A stretch of DNA of 32,000 nucleotides, from contig NZ_CP045876.1 of NCBI RefSeq assembly GCF_020541245.1, forward strand, positions 180,001 through 212,000, in the 5' to 3' direction. Position numbers and translations under genes: made by a program. Below the pieces are notes generated by a model. The model saw only the letters and a program-made list of their open reading frames with translations, ran no database searches and had not been told where the DNA came from. Position 1 is the first letter of the stretch. Every line of letters starts with the position of its first letter. Of this stretch, positions 1-9,625 are shown piece after piece. Source of the DNA: Candidatus Annandia pinicola. GTDB lineage: Bacteria; Pseudomonadota; Gammaproteobacteria; Enterobacterales; Enterobacteriaceae_A.

Positions 1-149
1 TTATTGCAATTTAAAATTATTATTAAAATAAAATAATTTTTATTATAGTTATATTATAATACAATAATTTTTGAATGTCAATAAATTATATTAAATCTTA
101 AATTTTTGTAAAAATTAATAAAAATATTATTTTATAATAATGAAATATT

Positions 150-911
150 TTAATTTTTATCTAATATAGGTAATTTAACGCTTTTTCTTAATAAATTAAA
201 ATATTTAAAACTTAATTTTTTAATTCTTCCAAATTTAAATAAAATTTTTGTTAATTTAATTAAACCGTAACGTATTCTAATTAAACAATTTACTTTCAAA
301 TTAATTTTATTAAACATTTTTCTTATCTCATTATTATATCCGTTTAAAATAATAATTTTAAACCATTTGTTTAAACCTTTTCCACTTATATAATGTATTT
401 CTTTAAATTTACTTATAATATTATTTATTTTGATTCCTTTACATAAATTTTTTAATAAAACGTTATTTATTACTCCAAATACTCTTACAATATATTCTCT
501 TTCTATTTTGTATTTAGGATGCATTAATCTGTAAGATAATTCACCATCATTAGTAAATAATATTAAACCACTACTATTTATATCTAATCTACCTATTGAC
601 ATCAATTTTCCTTCATAAATTTTAGGAAGTTTATCATAAATTGTTACTCTATTTTTGTTATCATATCTGGTACATATTTCTCCATTTTTTTTGTAATATG
701 CTAGTATTATTTTGTTATTTATATTATTTAATATTTTTTTTTTTTTTTTTTTAATTAATATTTTTATTTTTTTTGAATTATTAATTGTATCACCTATTTT
801 TACTAATTTATTATTAACATAAATTTTTTTATTAATAATCAATTTTTCAATACTTCGACGTGAACCATATCCATTTAAAGCAAGTATTTTTTGTATTTTT
901 TCATTGTTCAT
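150..911 (-). CDS. rluB: 23S rRNA pseudouridine synthase, RsuA/RluB family (RluB-like)
   Basis: 253-aa ORF. It has an N-terminal S4-like domain (KILALNGYGSRRSIEKLI) followed by the family catalytic motif GRLDINSSGLILFTNDGEL. It lies divergent to trpE, as rluB (yciL) neighbours the trp operon in E. coli. Shorter than E. coli RluB (about 291 aa) because the basic C-terminal tail is missing. Confidence 0.8.
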   Translation of the reverse strand: MNNEKIQKILALNGYGSRRSIEKLIINKKIYVNNKLVKIGDTINNSKKIKILIKKKKKKILNNINNKIILAYYKKNGEICTRYDNKNRVTIYDKLPKIYEGKLMSIGRLDINSSGLILFTNDGELSYRLMHPKYKIEREYIVRVFGVINNVLLKNLCKGIKINNIISKFKEIHYISGKGLNKWFKIIILNGYNNEIRKMFNKINLKVNCLIRIRYGLIKLTKILFKFGRIKKLSFKYFNLLRKSVKLPILDKN

Positions 912-988
912 AGTTTTCTATTTTTATTAAATAAATATATTAATTTAATAAAAAAAAATAAATTAATAATTTTATTATATAATATTTA

Positions 989-1008
989 ATATATATATAT
1001 ATATATAT
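989..1008. repeat. (AT)10 dinucleotide microsatellite in the rluB/trpE divergent intergenic region
   Basis: Direct reading: at x10 from 989 to 1008, about 87 nt upstream of the trpE ATG. Confidence 0.9.
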
Positions 1009-1094
1009 TTAATAAAGTATTAATTAAAATAAATCTAAAAAATATTTTTTATTAATATAATATTTAAAATTAAAATAAAAAAAATTATAAATAT

Positions 1095-2645
1095 ATGAAA
1101 ATATTAAACTTAATAGTTAAAAATGTACCATATCAAGAAAATCCAACAACAATATTTAATAAATTATGTAATATAAAATCTTCAACTTTATTATTAGAAT
1201 CAGCAGATATTAATAGTAAACATAATTTAAGAAGCTTAATTATTATTGATAGCGCAATAAGAATTATTGCAAATAATCATTATGCTCTTTTAATATCATT
1301 GTCTAAAAATGGAAATAATTTATTATCACTATTAGATAAAAAACTACCTTATACAATTTTAAATAAAAAAATTAAAAATGGTAGAAAATTGTTTTTTCCA
1401 AATACAAATCAACAAAAAGATGAAGATTCAAGATTAAAATCAATATCTATTTTTGATGCATTAAGAATATTAACTAAACTTGTTTGTGTTCCACAAGGAG
1501 AACGTGAATCTATGTTATTTGGGGGTTTATTTTCTTATGATTTAATAAATTGTTCAGAAAAACTTCCTAAAGTTAAACATAAACATAAATGTCCTAATTT
1601 TTGTTTTTATTTATCTGAAATTTTATTATTATTAGATCATCAAAATAAACTTGCTAAGTTACAAGCAAGTATTTTTATTCCTTATAAAACAGAATTAATA
1701 AGAATAAAAGAACGTATAAATATATTATATAAACTTTTATTAAAAAAAAACTATAATCTTAATAGTTTTTTTATAAGTAAAAATAAAATAAAATGTAGTA
1801 AAAAAGACTCAAAATATTGTAATATGATAAATAAAATGAAAAAATCTATATATGAAGGAGATATTTTTCAAGTAGTAATATCTAGAAAATTTTATTTACC
1901 TTGTATATTTCCATTAAATGCATATGATAATTTAAAAAAAAATAACCCAAGTCCTTACATGTTTTTTATGAAAGATCAAGATTTTATTTTATTTGGTTCA
2001 TCTCCTGAAAGTTCTCTAAAATATAACTCATCAAATAGAAAAATTGAAATATACCCTATTGCAGGTTCTAGACCAAGAGGTTATAAAAAAAATGGTAAAA
2101 TAGATTATGATTTTGATAGTAGAATAGAATTAGAGATGAGAACAGATAAAAAAGAAATTGCAGAACATTTAATGTTAGTTGATCTAGCTAGAAATGATCT
2201 GGCTAAAATATGTAAGACTGGTAGCCGTTATGTAAAAGATCTTATGAAAGTTGATAAATATTCATGTATTATGCATCTTGTATCTCGTGTTATAGGAGTT
2301 CTTAAAAAAAATATAGATATTTTTCATGCTTATCGTGCTTGTATGAATATGGGTACATTAAGTGGAGCTCCTAAAATTAAAGCTATGCAATTAATTAATT
2401 TAGTAGAAAAATATAGCAGAGGAAGTTATGGGGGTTCTATAGGTTATTTTACTTCTAATGGAGACTTAGATACTTGTATTATTATTAGATCAGCATATAT
2501 AGAAAATAATATAGCAACTGTACAGGCTGGTGCAGGTATTGTAATAGATTCTAATCCTAAATTAGAGGCTGAAGAAAGCAGAAATAAAGCTAAAGCGGTA
2601 TTAAAATCTATTGCTTTTTCAAATTATGCTTATAGAGGTTTTTAA
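1095..2645 (+). CDS. trpE: anthranilate synthase component I
   Basis: 516 aa, collinear with E. coli TrpE (520 aa). Contains the N-terminal regulatory LLESAD motif (TLLLESADINSK), and the C-terminal chorismate-binding core (IAGSRPRG, LMLVDLARNDL, GTLSGAPK, SYGGSIGYF, AGAGIVIDS). Its TAA stop directly abuts the trpG ATG. Confidence 0.97.
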   Translation: MKILNLIVKNVPYQENPTTIFNKLCNIKSSTLLLESADINSKHNLRSLIIIDSAIRIIANNHYALLISLSKNGNNLLSLLDKKLPYTILNKKIKNGRKLFFPNTNQQKDEDSRLKSISIFDALRILTKLVCVPQGERESMLFGGLFSYDLINCSEKLPKVKHKHKCPNFCFYLSEILLLLDHQNKLAKLQASIFIPYKTELIRIKERINILYKLLLKKNYNLNSFFISKNKIKCSKKDSKYCNMINKMKKSIYEGDIFQVVISRKFYLPCIFPLNAYDNLKKNNPSPYMFFMKDQDFILFGSSPESSLKYNSSNRKIEIYPIAGSRPRGYKKNGKIDYDFDSRIELEMRTDKKEIAEHLMLVDLARNDLAKICKTGSRYVKDLMKVDKYSCIMHLVSRVIGVLKKNIDIFHAYRACMNMGTLSGAPKIKAMQLINLVEKYSRGSYGGSIGYFTSNGDLDTCIIIRSAYIENNIATVQAGAGIVIDSNPKLEAEESRNKAKAVLKSIAFSNYAYRGF

Positions 2646-3242
2646 ATGGCTAATATATTACTATTAGATAATATTGATTCATTTACTTATAATATAGTTG
2701 ATCAACTAAGAAAATTTAAACACAATGTTTTAATTTATAGAAATACTATATCATATAAAGTTATATTAAAATATTTAAATAATATTAGAAATCCTATATT
2801 AATATTATCGCCAGGACCTGGAAAGCCTAAAGAAGCTGGTTGTATGTTAAAATTAATTTCTTATGTTAAAGGTAAAATTCCTATAATAGGAATATGTTTA
2901 GGTTATCAAGCCATTATCGAATTTTATGGTGGTAAAGTTATAAATTCTAATAAAATAATGCATGGGCATTCATCATTAATTTTACATGATAATAAAGATA
3001 TGTTTTTTAAAATTAAAAATCCAATTAGAGTGGCAAGATATCATTCTTTAGTTGGTATTATTAAAAAAAATAATAAATTAATTATAAATTCTAAACATAA
3101 AAATATAATAATGTCAATTCGTAATAATATAGATAGAATTTGTGGTTTTCAGTTTCATCCTGAATCTATATTAACAACATATGGAATTTCAATTTTAGAA
3201 TATTCAATTTTATGGTCATTAAAATTTTATAAAGATGAATAA
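2646..3242 (+). CDS. trpG: anthranilate synthase component II (glutamine amidotransferase), free-standing
   Basis: 198 aa. Class-I GATase motifs are present: SPGPG, the catalytic Cys in PIIGICLGYQAI, and FQFHPES (His/Glu). It is not fused to TrpD, unlike the E. coli TrpG-D fusion. Confidence 0.95.
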   Translation: MANILLLDNIDSFTYNIVDQLRKFKHNVLIYRNTISYKVILKYLNNIRNPILILSPGPGKPKEAGCMLKLISYVKGKIPIIGICLGYQAIIEFYGGKVINSNKIMHGHSSLILHDNKDMFFKIKNPIRVARYHSLVGIIKKNNKLIINSKHKNIIMSIRNNIDRICGFQFHPESILTTYGISILEYSILWSLKFYKDE

Positions 3243-4233
3243 TATAATTAAAAAATTATATAAAAATAAATTTTTATCATATTTAGAAAGTAGATATATA
3301 TTTAAAGAAATTATAAATGGTAATATTAATCCTATCGAATTAACATCTATAATAATATATTTTAAAATAAGAAGAATTTGTTCAGAAGAAATTGCTGGAA
3401 TAGTTTCAATAACTATAGAAAATAAAAAATATTTTCCTATAATTAATTATAACTTTGTTGATATAACTGGAACCGGTGGGGATAATAGCAATAGTTTTAA
3501 TATTTCTACTATAAGTAGTTTTGTATGTGCAGCATGTGGAATTAAAGTAATAAAACATGGAAATTACAGTATATCTAGTAAATTTGGATCATTCGATATA
3601 TTAAAATCTTTTGGAATAAATTTAAATTTAAATTCTATATTGTCAAAAAAAATATTAGATAAAAATAATATATGTTTTTTATTTGCACCTAAATATAATA
3701 GTAGTTTTAATAATTCTATTTATGTTCGTAAAATATTAAAAACTAATACTATTTTTAATATTATAGGACCATTAGTTAACCCCGCTCTTCCTAAATTTGC
3801 TGTAATAGGGGTATATGAAAAAAAATTACTTTTTCCTATTGCAAAAAATTTAATAATAATGGGTTATAAACATGCAATAATAATACATGGAAACGGTTTA
3901 GACGAAATATCGTTAGATGGAATAAATTATATAATTGAAGTTAAAAATATGAAAATTAAAAAATATAAATTAACTTATAAAGATTTTGGGTGTAATTATT
4001 TTCATAAAAATGATATAATTATTTCAGATTACAAAAATTATAAAAATAATATGATAAAACTATTGCAAGGAAAAGGTAATTTAGCTTACGAAGAAACAAT
4101 AGCTGCAAATGTTTCAATGGTATTAAAAATATTTAAAAAATATAGTTTTAATAAAGGAACCCAATATGCATTAAAGATAATTCGTAGCGGTAAACCATAT
4201 AAACATATGATAGCATTAATAAATAAGGAATAA
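3235..4233 (+). CDS. trpD: anthranilate phosphoribosyltransferase
   Basis: 332 aa. Contains DITGTGGDNSNSFNISTISSFV, KHGNYSISSKFGSFD, CFLFAPKY and FNIIGPLVNP, collinear with the E. coli TrpD domain. Its start overlaps the trpG stop by 8 nt (ATGAATAA). Confidence 0.95.
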   Translation: MNNIIKKLYKNKFLSYLESRYIFKEIINGNINPIELTSIIIYFKIRRICSEEIAGIVSITIENKKYFPIINYNFVDITGTGGDNSNSFNISTISSFVCAACGIKVIKHGNYSISSKFGSFDILKSFGINLNLNSILSKKILDKNNICFLFAPKYNSSFNNSIYVRKILKTNTIFNIIGPLVNPALPKFAVIGVYEKKLLFPIAKNLIIMGYKHAIIIHGNGLDEISLDGINYIIEVKNMKIKKYKLTYKDFGCNYFHKNDIIISDYKNYKNNMIKLLQGKGNLAYEETIAANVSMVLKIFKKYSFNKGTQYALKIIRSGKPYKHMIALINKE

Positions 4234-4237
4234 TATT

Positions 4238-5608
4238 ATGAATATATTTAATAATGTATTAAAAAAAATTTTAAATAATAAATATGAATGGATTTGTAGT
4301 AGAAAAATTAAACAACCCCCAAAAAGTTTTTTATATAAAATAAAAAAATCTAAAAAAAATTTTTATAAAAGTTTAAAAGGTAATTATACTAAATTTATAT
4401 TAGAATGTAAAAAAAAATCCCCTTCTTTAGGTATAATGCGTAAGAATTTTAATATAATTGATATTGTTAATAAATATGAAAAATATGCATCTTCTATTTC
4501 TATTTTAACTGACGAAAAGTATTTTAATGGTAGTTTTGAAAATATGTTATTAGCTAGTAGAAACACAAAACATCCTATTTTATGTAAAGATTTTATTATA
4601 GATATTTATCAAATTTATTTAGCTAGATTATATGGTGCAGATGCTATATTATTAATTTTATCTATACTTGAAGATCATCAATATAATATTTTATCTAATT
4701 TAGCCCATAGTCTTAATATGGGGGTATTAACTGAAATAAATAACGAAAAAGAATTAAATAGAGCTATTTTTTTAAATGCTAAAGTAATAGGTATAAATAA
4801 TCGTAATTTAAATAATATGTCTATAAATACAAATAAAACTAAAATTTTATCTAAAAAAATTCCAAGATATATAACTGTTATTAGTGAATCTGGTATTAAA
4901 TGTTATTCACAAATAAGGTCATTAAGTTGTTTTGTAAATGGCTTTTTAATAGGATCTTCTTTGATGAAAGAAGATAATATAGAAAAAGCTATTTGTCGTA
5001 TAACTTTAGGTGAAAATAAAATATGTGGTTTAAAAAGAATAAAAGATGCAAATATTGCTTATAAATCTGGAGCAATTTATGGAGGTTTAATATTTACTAA
5101 TGAATCATTAAGAAAAATTGATATTTTAAAAGCCAAAGAAATATCTAATAATATTCCTTTAGATTTTGTTGGTGTTTTTAAAAATCAAACTATATCTTAT
5201 ATATTACATATATTAAATTCTGTAAACTTAAAAGTAATACAACTTCATGGTCAAGAAGATCAAAAATATATAAATATATTAAAAAAATATTTATCAAATA
5301 ATATTAAAATTTGGAAAGTAATTTCAATAAATAATATTTTACCAAAAATAAAAAAATATAAAAATATAGATAATTATATTTTTGATAATGATAAAAATAA
5401 TAATACAAAATGCTTTAATTGGGATTTACTAAAAAAATGTAATTTAAAAAAATCAATTTTAGCCGGTGGTATAAATATAAAAAATTGTATTTTAGCATCT
5501 AAAATAGGTTGTACTGGTTTAGATTTAAGTTCTGGAATAGAAAAAAAACCAGGTATTAAAGATATAAAAAAAATAATAAACTTATTTCATAAAATAAGGA
5601 TTTATTAA
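4238..5608 (+). CDS. trpC: bifunctional indole-3-glycerol-phosphate synthase / phosphoribosylanthranilate isomerase
   Basis: 456 aa versus about 452 in E. coli TrpC(F). Near-identical blocks include FILECKKKSPS, ISILTDEKYFNGSF, ILCKDFIIDIYQIYLAR, GVLTEI, VISESGI and ENKICGL...GAIYGGLIF...IQLHG. AAGGA Shine-Dalgarno at 4224-4228. Confidence 0.97.
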   Translation: MNIFNNVLKKILNNKYEWICSRKIKQPPKSFLYKIKKSKKNFYKSLKGNYTKFILECKKKSPSLGIMRKNFNIIDIVNKYEKYASSISILTDEKYFNGSFENMLLASRNTKHPILCKDFIIDIYQIYLARLYGADAILLILSILEDHQYNILSNLAHSLNMGVLTEINNEKELNRAIFLNAKVIGINNRNLNNMSINTNKTKILSKKIPRYITVISESGIKCYSQIRSLSCFVNGFLIGSSLMKEDNIEKAICRITLGENKICGLKRIKDANIAYKSGAIYGGLIFTNESLRKIDILKAKEISNNIPLDFVGVFKNQTISYILHILNSVNLKVIQLHGQEDQKYINILKKYLSNNIKIWKVISINNILPKIKKYKNIDNYIFDNDKNNNTKCFNWDLLKKCNLKKSILAGGINIKNCILASKIGCTGLDLSSGIEKKPGIKDIKKIINLFHKIRIY

Positions 5609-5647
5609 TAAAAAAAACAATTTTTTAATAAAAAAATTATAAAACAT

Positions 5648-6820
5648 ATGAATTTATTAAATTCTTATTTTGGTGAATTTGGTGGTGCTTATGTACCTCA
5701 AATATTAATGCCAGCTCTTAATAATTTAGAAAAATGTTTTTTAGATATAAAAAATGATAATAATTTTAAATTACAATTAAAAGATTTACTTTATAATTAT
5801 GCAGGAAGACCAACAGCTTTAACTTTATGTAAAAATATAACTTCAAATACAAAAACATTATTATTTCTTAAAAGAGAAGATTTATTACATGGCGGTGCTC
5901 ATAAAACAAATCAGGTATTAGGTCAAGCTTTATTAGCAAAAAAAATGGGTAAAAAAGAGATTATAGCAGAAACTGGGGCAGGACAGCATGGTGTTGCTTC
6001 TGCAATGATATGTGCATTATTAAAATTAAAATGTCGTGTTTATATGGGAAATAAAGATATTAAACGTCAATATCAAAATGTTATTCGTATGAAACTTATG
6101 GGTGCTGAAGTAATTCCTGTATGTAGTGGAACATCTACATTAAAAGATGCTTGTAATGAAGCATTAAGAGACTGGTCAAGTAATTATGATAAATCTCATT
6201 ATCTTTTAGGAACTGCTGCCGGACCTCATCCTTATCCTACAATAGTATGTGAATTCCAAAAAATAATTGGTATAGAAACTAAAAAACAAATATTAAAAAA
6301 AACTGGTAAATTACCTAATTCGATTTTTGCTTGTGTAGGTGGTGGTTCAAATGCGATTGGAATTTTTTACGATTTTATTAATGATAATGTAAAACTAGTT
6401 GGCGTAGAACCAGCTGGGAAAGGAATTAAAACTGGAAAACATGGTTCATCTTTACAATATGGTAAAACAGGTATTTATTTTGGTATGAAATCTCATATTT
6501 TACAAGATAATTATGGTCAAATAAAAAAATCTCATTCTATTTCTGCTGGTTTAGATTTTCCTTCAGTAGGACCACAACATGCTTGGTTAAAAAAAATAGG
6601 TAGAGTTAATTATGTTTCTATTACAGATAAAGAAGCAATAAATGCCTTTAAATTATTATGTAATACAGAAGGTATTATACCTGCATTAGAGTCATCTCAT
6701 GCTTTAGCATATGCATTAAAATATATAAAAAAAAAACCTAATAAAAAACAAATAATAATAGTAAATATTTCTGGAAGAGGTGATAAAGATATATTAAATG
6801 TTTTTAATAATAAATATTAA
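5648..6820 (+). CDS. trpB: tryptophan synthase beta chain
   Basis: 390 aa, very strongly conserved: [45 protein letters not shown] (PLP lysine), [10 protein letters not shown] and GGGSNAIG. Confidence 0.98.
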   Translation: MNLLNSYFGEFGGAYVPQILMPALNNLEKCFLDIKNDNNFKLQLKDLLYNYAGRPTALTLCKNITSNTKTLLFLKREDLLHGGAHKTNQVLGQALLAKKMGKKEIIAETGAGQHGVASAMICALLKLKCRVYMGNKDIKRQYQNVIRMKLMGAEVIPVCSGTSTLKDACNEALRDWSSNYDKSHYLLGTAAGPHPYPTIVCEFQKIIGIETKKQILKKTGKLPNSIFACVGGGSNAIGIFYDFINDNVKLVGVEPAGKGIKTGKHGSSLQYGKTGIYFGMKSHILQDNYGQIKKSHSISAGLDFPSVGPQHAWLKKIGRVNYVSITDKEAINAFKLLCNTEGIIPALESSHALAYALKYIKKKPNKKQIIIVNISGRGDKDILNVFNNKY

Positions 6821-6831
6821 AGGCAAAATTA

Positions 6832-7641
6832 ATGATACAACGTTATCAAAATTTATTTAAAAAATTAAATTTAAAAAAAGAAATAGCATTTATTCCTTTT
6901 GTAATATTAGGTGACCCATCTTTTAATATATCTATTAAAATTATAGAAACATTAATTAATAATGGAGCTGATGCTTTAGAATTAGGAATACCTTTTTCTG
7001 ATCCTTTAGCAGATGGACCTACTATTCAAAGTTCTTCATTAAGATCTTTAAAAAATAATATAAATATAAATAAATGTTTTGAGATAATTAATATAATAAG
7101 AAAAAAATATAAAGAAATACCTATTGGAATATTGGTTTATGCAAATATTGTATTTAATAAAGGTATAGATAATTTTTATTATAATTGTTCATATGAACAA
7201 ATAGATTCTGTATTAATAGCAGATTTACCAATCGAAGAATCAAAATTATTTAATAAATCAGCTATTAAAAATAACATATCTACTATATTTATTTGTCCCC
7301 CAAATTCTAATGAAAATTTGATAAAAAAAATATCTTTTAATAGTATAAATTATGTTTATTTATTATCAAGATCAGGAGTAACTGGTATTGAAAAACAAGC
7401 TTTAAAACCTATTAATAATTTAGTTACTAAATTAAAAAAATATAATTCTGCACCAGTAATACAAGGTTTTGGTATTTCAAGTATTAAACATATTAATAAT
7501 GCAATTAAATCTGGAATAAAGGGTATTATTATTGGATCTTTTATAATAAATATTATAGAAAAATATTACAAAAAACCAAATAAAATGATTATTAATATAA
7601 AAAAAGCAGCAAAAGAATTTAAAAAAGCTACAATATATTAA
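6832..7641 (+). CDS. trpA: tryptophan synthase alpha chain
   Basis: 269 aa. Contains AFIPFVILGDP and GADALELGIPFSDPLADGPTIQ, matching the E. coli TrpA active-site region. Starts 11 nt after the trpB stop. Confidence 0.96.
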   Translation: MIQRYQNLFKKLNLKKEIAFIPFVILGDPSFNISIKIIETLINNGADALELGIPFSDPLADGPTIQSSSLRSLKNNININKCFEIINIIRKKYKEIPIGILVYANIVFNKGIDNFYYNCSYEQIDSVLIADLPIEESKLFNKSAIKNNISTIFICPPNSNENLIKKISFNSINYVYLLSRSGVTGIEKQALKPINNLVTKLKKYNSAPVIQGFGISSIKHINNAIKSGIKGIIIGSFIINIIEKYYKKPNKMIINIKKAAKEFKKATIY

Positions 7642-7731
7642 TAACAATATTTTATTTAAAAAAAAAAGTTGATTTAATAAAAAAACTATGTTAATAATAT
7701 ATATAAGTTAATTAAAATATTTAAATTATAG

Positions 7732-7802
7732 GGCGCATTGGCAGAATGGTTATGCAGCGGATTGCAAATCCGTTTAACTTGGTTCGATTCCAAGATGTGC
7801 CT
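7732..7802 (+). tRNA. cysT: tRNA-Cys (anticodon GCA)
   Basis: G+C-rich island that folds by hand into a cloverleaf. Acceptor stem GGCGCAT/ATGTGCC, anticodon stem GCGGA/TCCGT around loop TTGCAAA, T arm CTTGG-TTCGATT-CCAAG, and the U73 discriminator typical of tRNA-Cys. CCA is not encoded. Confidence 0.93.
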
Positions 7803-7818
7803 ATTTAATTTTTTTTTT

Positions 7819-7901
7819 GCCCAGGTGGTGAAATGGTAAACACAAGGGACTTAAAATCCCTCGGTCTCACGACTTTGCGGGTTCAAGTCCCGCCCTGGGT
7901 A
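7819..7901 (+). tRNA. leuZ: tRNA-Leu (anticodon UAA), long variable arm
   Basis: Near-collinear with remembered E. coli leuZ (GCCC.GG.TGGTG.AAT.GGTA.ACACAAGGGA.TTAAAATCCCTCGG...GCGGGTTCAAGTCCCGC.C.GGGTA). Anticodon loop CTTAAAA. cysT-leuZ adjacency matches E. coli. CCA is not encoded. Confidence 0.93.
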
Positions 7902-8245
7902 TTGAAATATATTTAATAATGTAAACTTTATATTATTAAATATTAATAAAAAAAATATTAATTATTATTTTTTTTATTATTAATTTAATTACTTTTTATT
8001 AATAATTTTTCTTATTAATAATAAAATTATTGTAGTTAAAATTAATCTATATTTATAATAAATAGCTAATAAATACATAATTTTTATATTCATTTTTTTT
8101 CTCTTTTATATAAATACAATTATATAATAATATAAATGTATTATTAAATTAAAAAATTTTTTTTATTTTTAAATAATTATTTAATATATTATAAATTAAA
8201 TAAATATTTATTGTTTTAAAAAAAAATAAAAATAATATATTACTT

Positions 8246-9625
8246 TTATTTAATATAAATTTTTTTTATTTTTTTTTTTAAATATATTTTTATTTGATTT
8301 GAAGAAACTCCACCTTTGATATTTCTTTTATCTAAACATGAATAAGCATCTAAATATTTATATATATCTATATTTATAATATTATTAAATTTTTTCATTT
8401 CGTATAATTTTAATTTTTCTAATGAAATATTTTTTTTAATAGCTTCTAATACTATTTTTCCAGTTATATCATGAGCTTCACGAAATGCTATACCTTTATT
8501 TACTAAATAATCAGCTAATTCCGTAGCATTTAAATATCCATAAAATATTGATTTTTTACATTTTTTATAATTCAATTTAATATTTTTTAGTATTATATTA
8601 GTTATATTTATACAATCTTTCCAAGTTTTAATAGCATCAAATAAACATTTTTTATCTTCTTGCATATCTTTATTATAAGATAAAGGAAGCCCTTTTAAAA
8701 TAAACAAAATATTATTTAAAGATCCCTGAACTCTTCCACATTTACCCCTTATTAATTCTAATATATCTGGATTTTTTTTTTGTGGCATTAAAGAAGATCC
8801 TGACGTAAATCTATCTGATAATGATATATAACCAACTTCATTTGTATTAAAAAAAATTAAATCTTCTGCAAGTCTTGATAAATGTATCATTCCTATTGAT
8901 GCACTATTAATTATATCTATAACATAATCTCTATCAGATACAGCATCTAAACTATTATTAGTAGATTTAGAAAAACCTAAAATAAAAGCAATTAAATCTC
9001 TATCAATTTTATAAGTAATTCCAGAAAGAGCCCCAGATCCCATAGGGTTGTAATCTAATCTTTTTAATATTTTTTTTAATCTATTTATATCTCTATTAAT
9101 CATTTCTACATAAGAAAAACACCAATGAGCAAAAGTTATGGGTTGAGCCCTTTGCAAATGAGTATATCCAGGAAAAATAACATTTTTGTTATTATAAGCT
9201 AAATTTAAAAAAGAAATTTGAAGCTTTTTAATGATTATTATCATTTCTTTTATTTTTTTTTTACACCATAATTTTAAATCAGTTGTTATTTGTTCATTAC
9301 GACTTTTACCAGTATTTAATTTTTTTCCTAAATATCCTATATTCATTACTAATTGTTTTTCAACCCAACTATGTATATCTTCTTCATTACTTTTTAAAAT
9401 TAAACTTTTATTATTTTTTACTTTATTTAATATTAAATTTAAATTTTTAAATATAATATTGTATTCTTTAAAATTAATAACATTAATAGTATATAACATA
9501 TAAGACCATGATATAGATACTTTAATATCTTCTTCAACTAACTTATAATCAATTTTTAAAGAGTCATTAAATTTTTTGAATTCTACGTTATTATCTTTAA
9601 TAAAACGACCCCCCCAAAGTGACAT
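8246..9625 (-). CDS. argH: argininosuccinate lyase
   Basis: 459 aa (E. coli 457). Starts MSLWGGRF and contains PGYTHLQRAQPITFAHW and the fumarase/aspartase signature GSSLMPQKKNPD. Its ATG follows the argG TAA directly, with a GAGG Shine-Dalgarno inside the last argG codons. Confidence 0.97.
   Translation of the reverse strand: MSLWGGRFIKDNNVEFKKFNDSLKIDYKLVEEDIKVSISWSYMLYTINVINFKEYNIIFKNLNLILNKVKNNKSLILKSNEEDIHSWVEKQLVMNIGYLGKKLNTGKSRNEQITTDLKLWCKKKIKEMIIIIKKLQISFLNLAYNNKNVIFPGYTHLQRAQPITFAHWCFSYVEMINRDINRLKKILKRLDYNPMGSGALSGITYKIDRDLIAFILGFSKSTNNSLDAVSDRDYVIDIINSASIGMIHLSRLAEDLIFFNTNEVGYISLSDRFTSGSSLMPQKKNPDILELIRGKCGRVQGSLNNILFILKGLPLSYNKDMQEDKKCLFDAIKTWKDCINITNIILKNIKLNYKKCKKSIFYGYLNATELADYLVNKGIAFREAHDITGKIVLEAIKKNISLEKLKLYEMKKFNNIINIDIYKYLDAYSCLDKRNIKGGVSSNQIKIYLKKKIKKIYIK

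Noticed and set aside
1-149. Left-edge 149 nt as a possible partial gene
   Set aside because: No open frame of useful length and no G+C-containing motif. It is best treated as the spacer downstream of rluB, and it cannot be assessed further without upstream sequence.
2524-2531. Chi-like octamers (GCTGGTGC at 2524-2531, TCTGGTGG near 17518, ACTGGTGG on the minus strand near 10997)
   Set aside because: All are 7/8 matches. By eye I found no exact GCTGGTGG on either strand, so no claim about Chi can be made from this window. A genome-wide pattern count is needed.
4384-4566. 60-aa minus-strand ORF inside trpC
   Set aside because: It lies entirely antisense to a strongly conserved TrpC(F) coding region. 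Its composition is low-complexity I/L/F/K-rich, typical of antisense frames in A/T-rich DNA, and it has no recognisable motif or Shine-Dalgarno.
7669-7700. Possible promoter for cysT-leuZ (TTGATT at 7669-7674 followed by TAATAA or TAATAT)
   Set aside because: The -10 candidates are poor matches or wrongly spaced (17 nt to TAATAA, 20 nt to TAATAT). Such hexamers are ubiquitous here, and read-through from trpA is an equally good explanation.
7732-7901. tRNA genes (here and at 28141-28214) as possible integration sites for genomic islands
   Set aside because: Flanking DNA holds only housekeeping genes or featureless A/T spacer. There is no integrase, no direct repeat of the tRNA 3' end, and no compositional shift.
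9231-9503. 90-aa plus-strand ORF inside argH
   Set aside because: Antisense to conserved argH. Its F/I/L-rich sequence is a by-product of the complement of K/N/I codons, and I recognise no homology.
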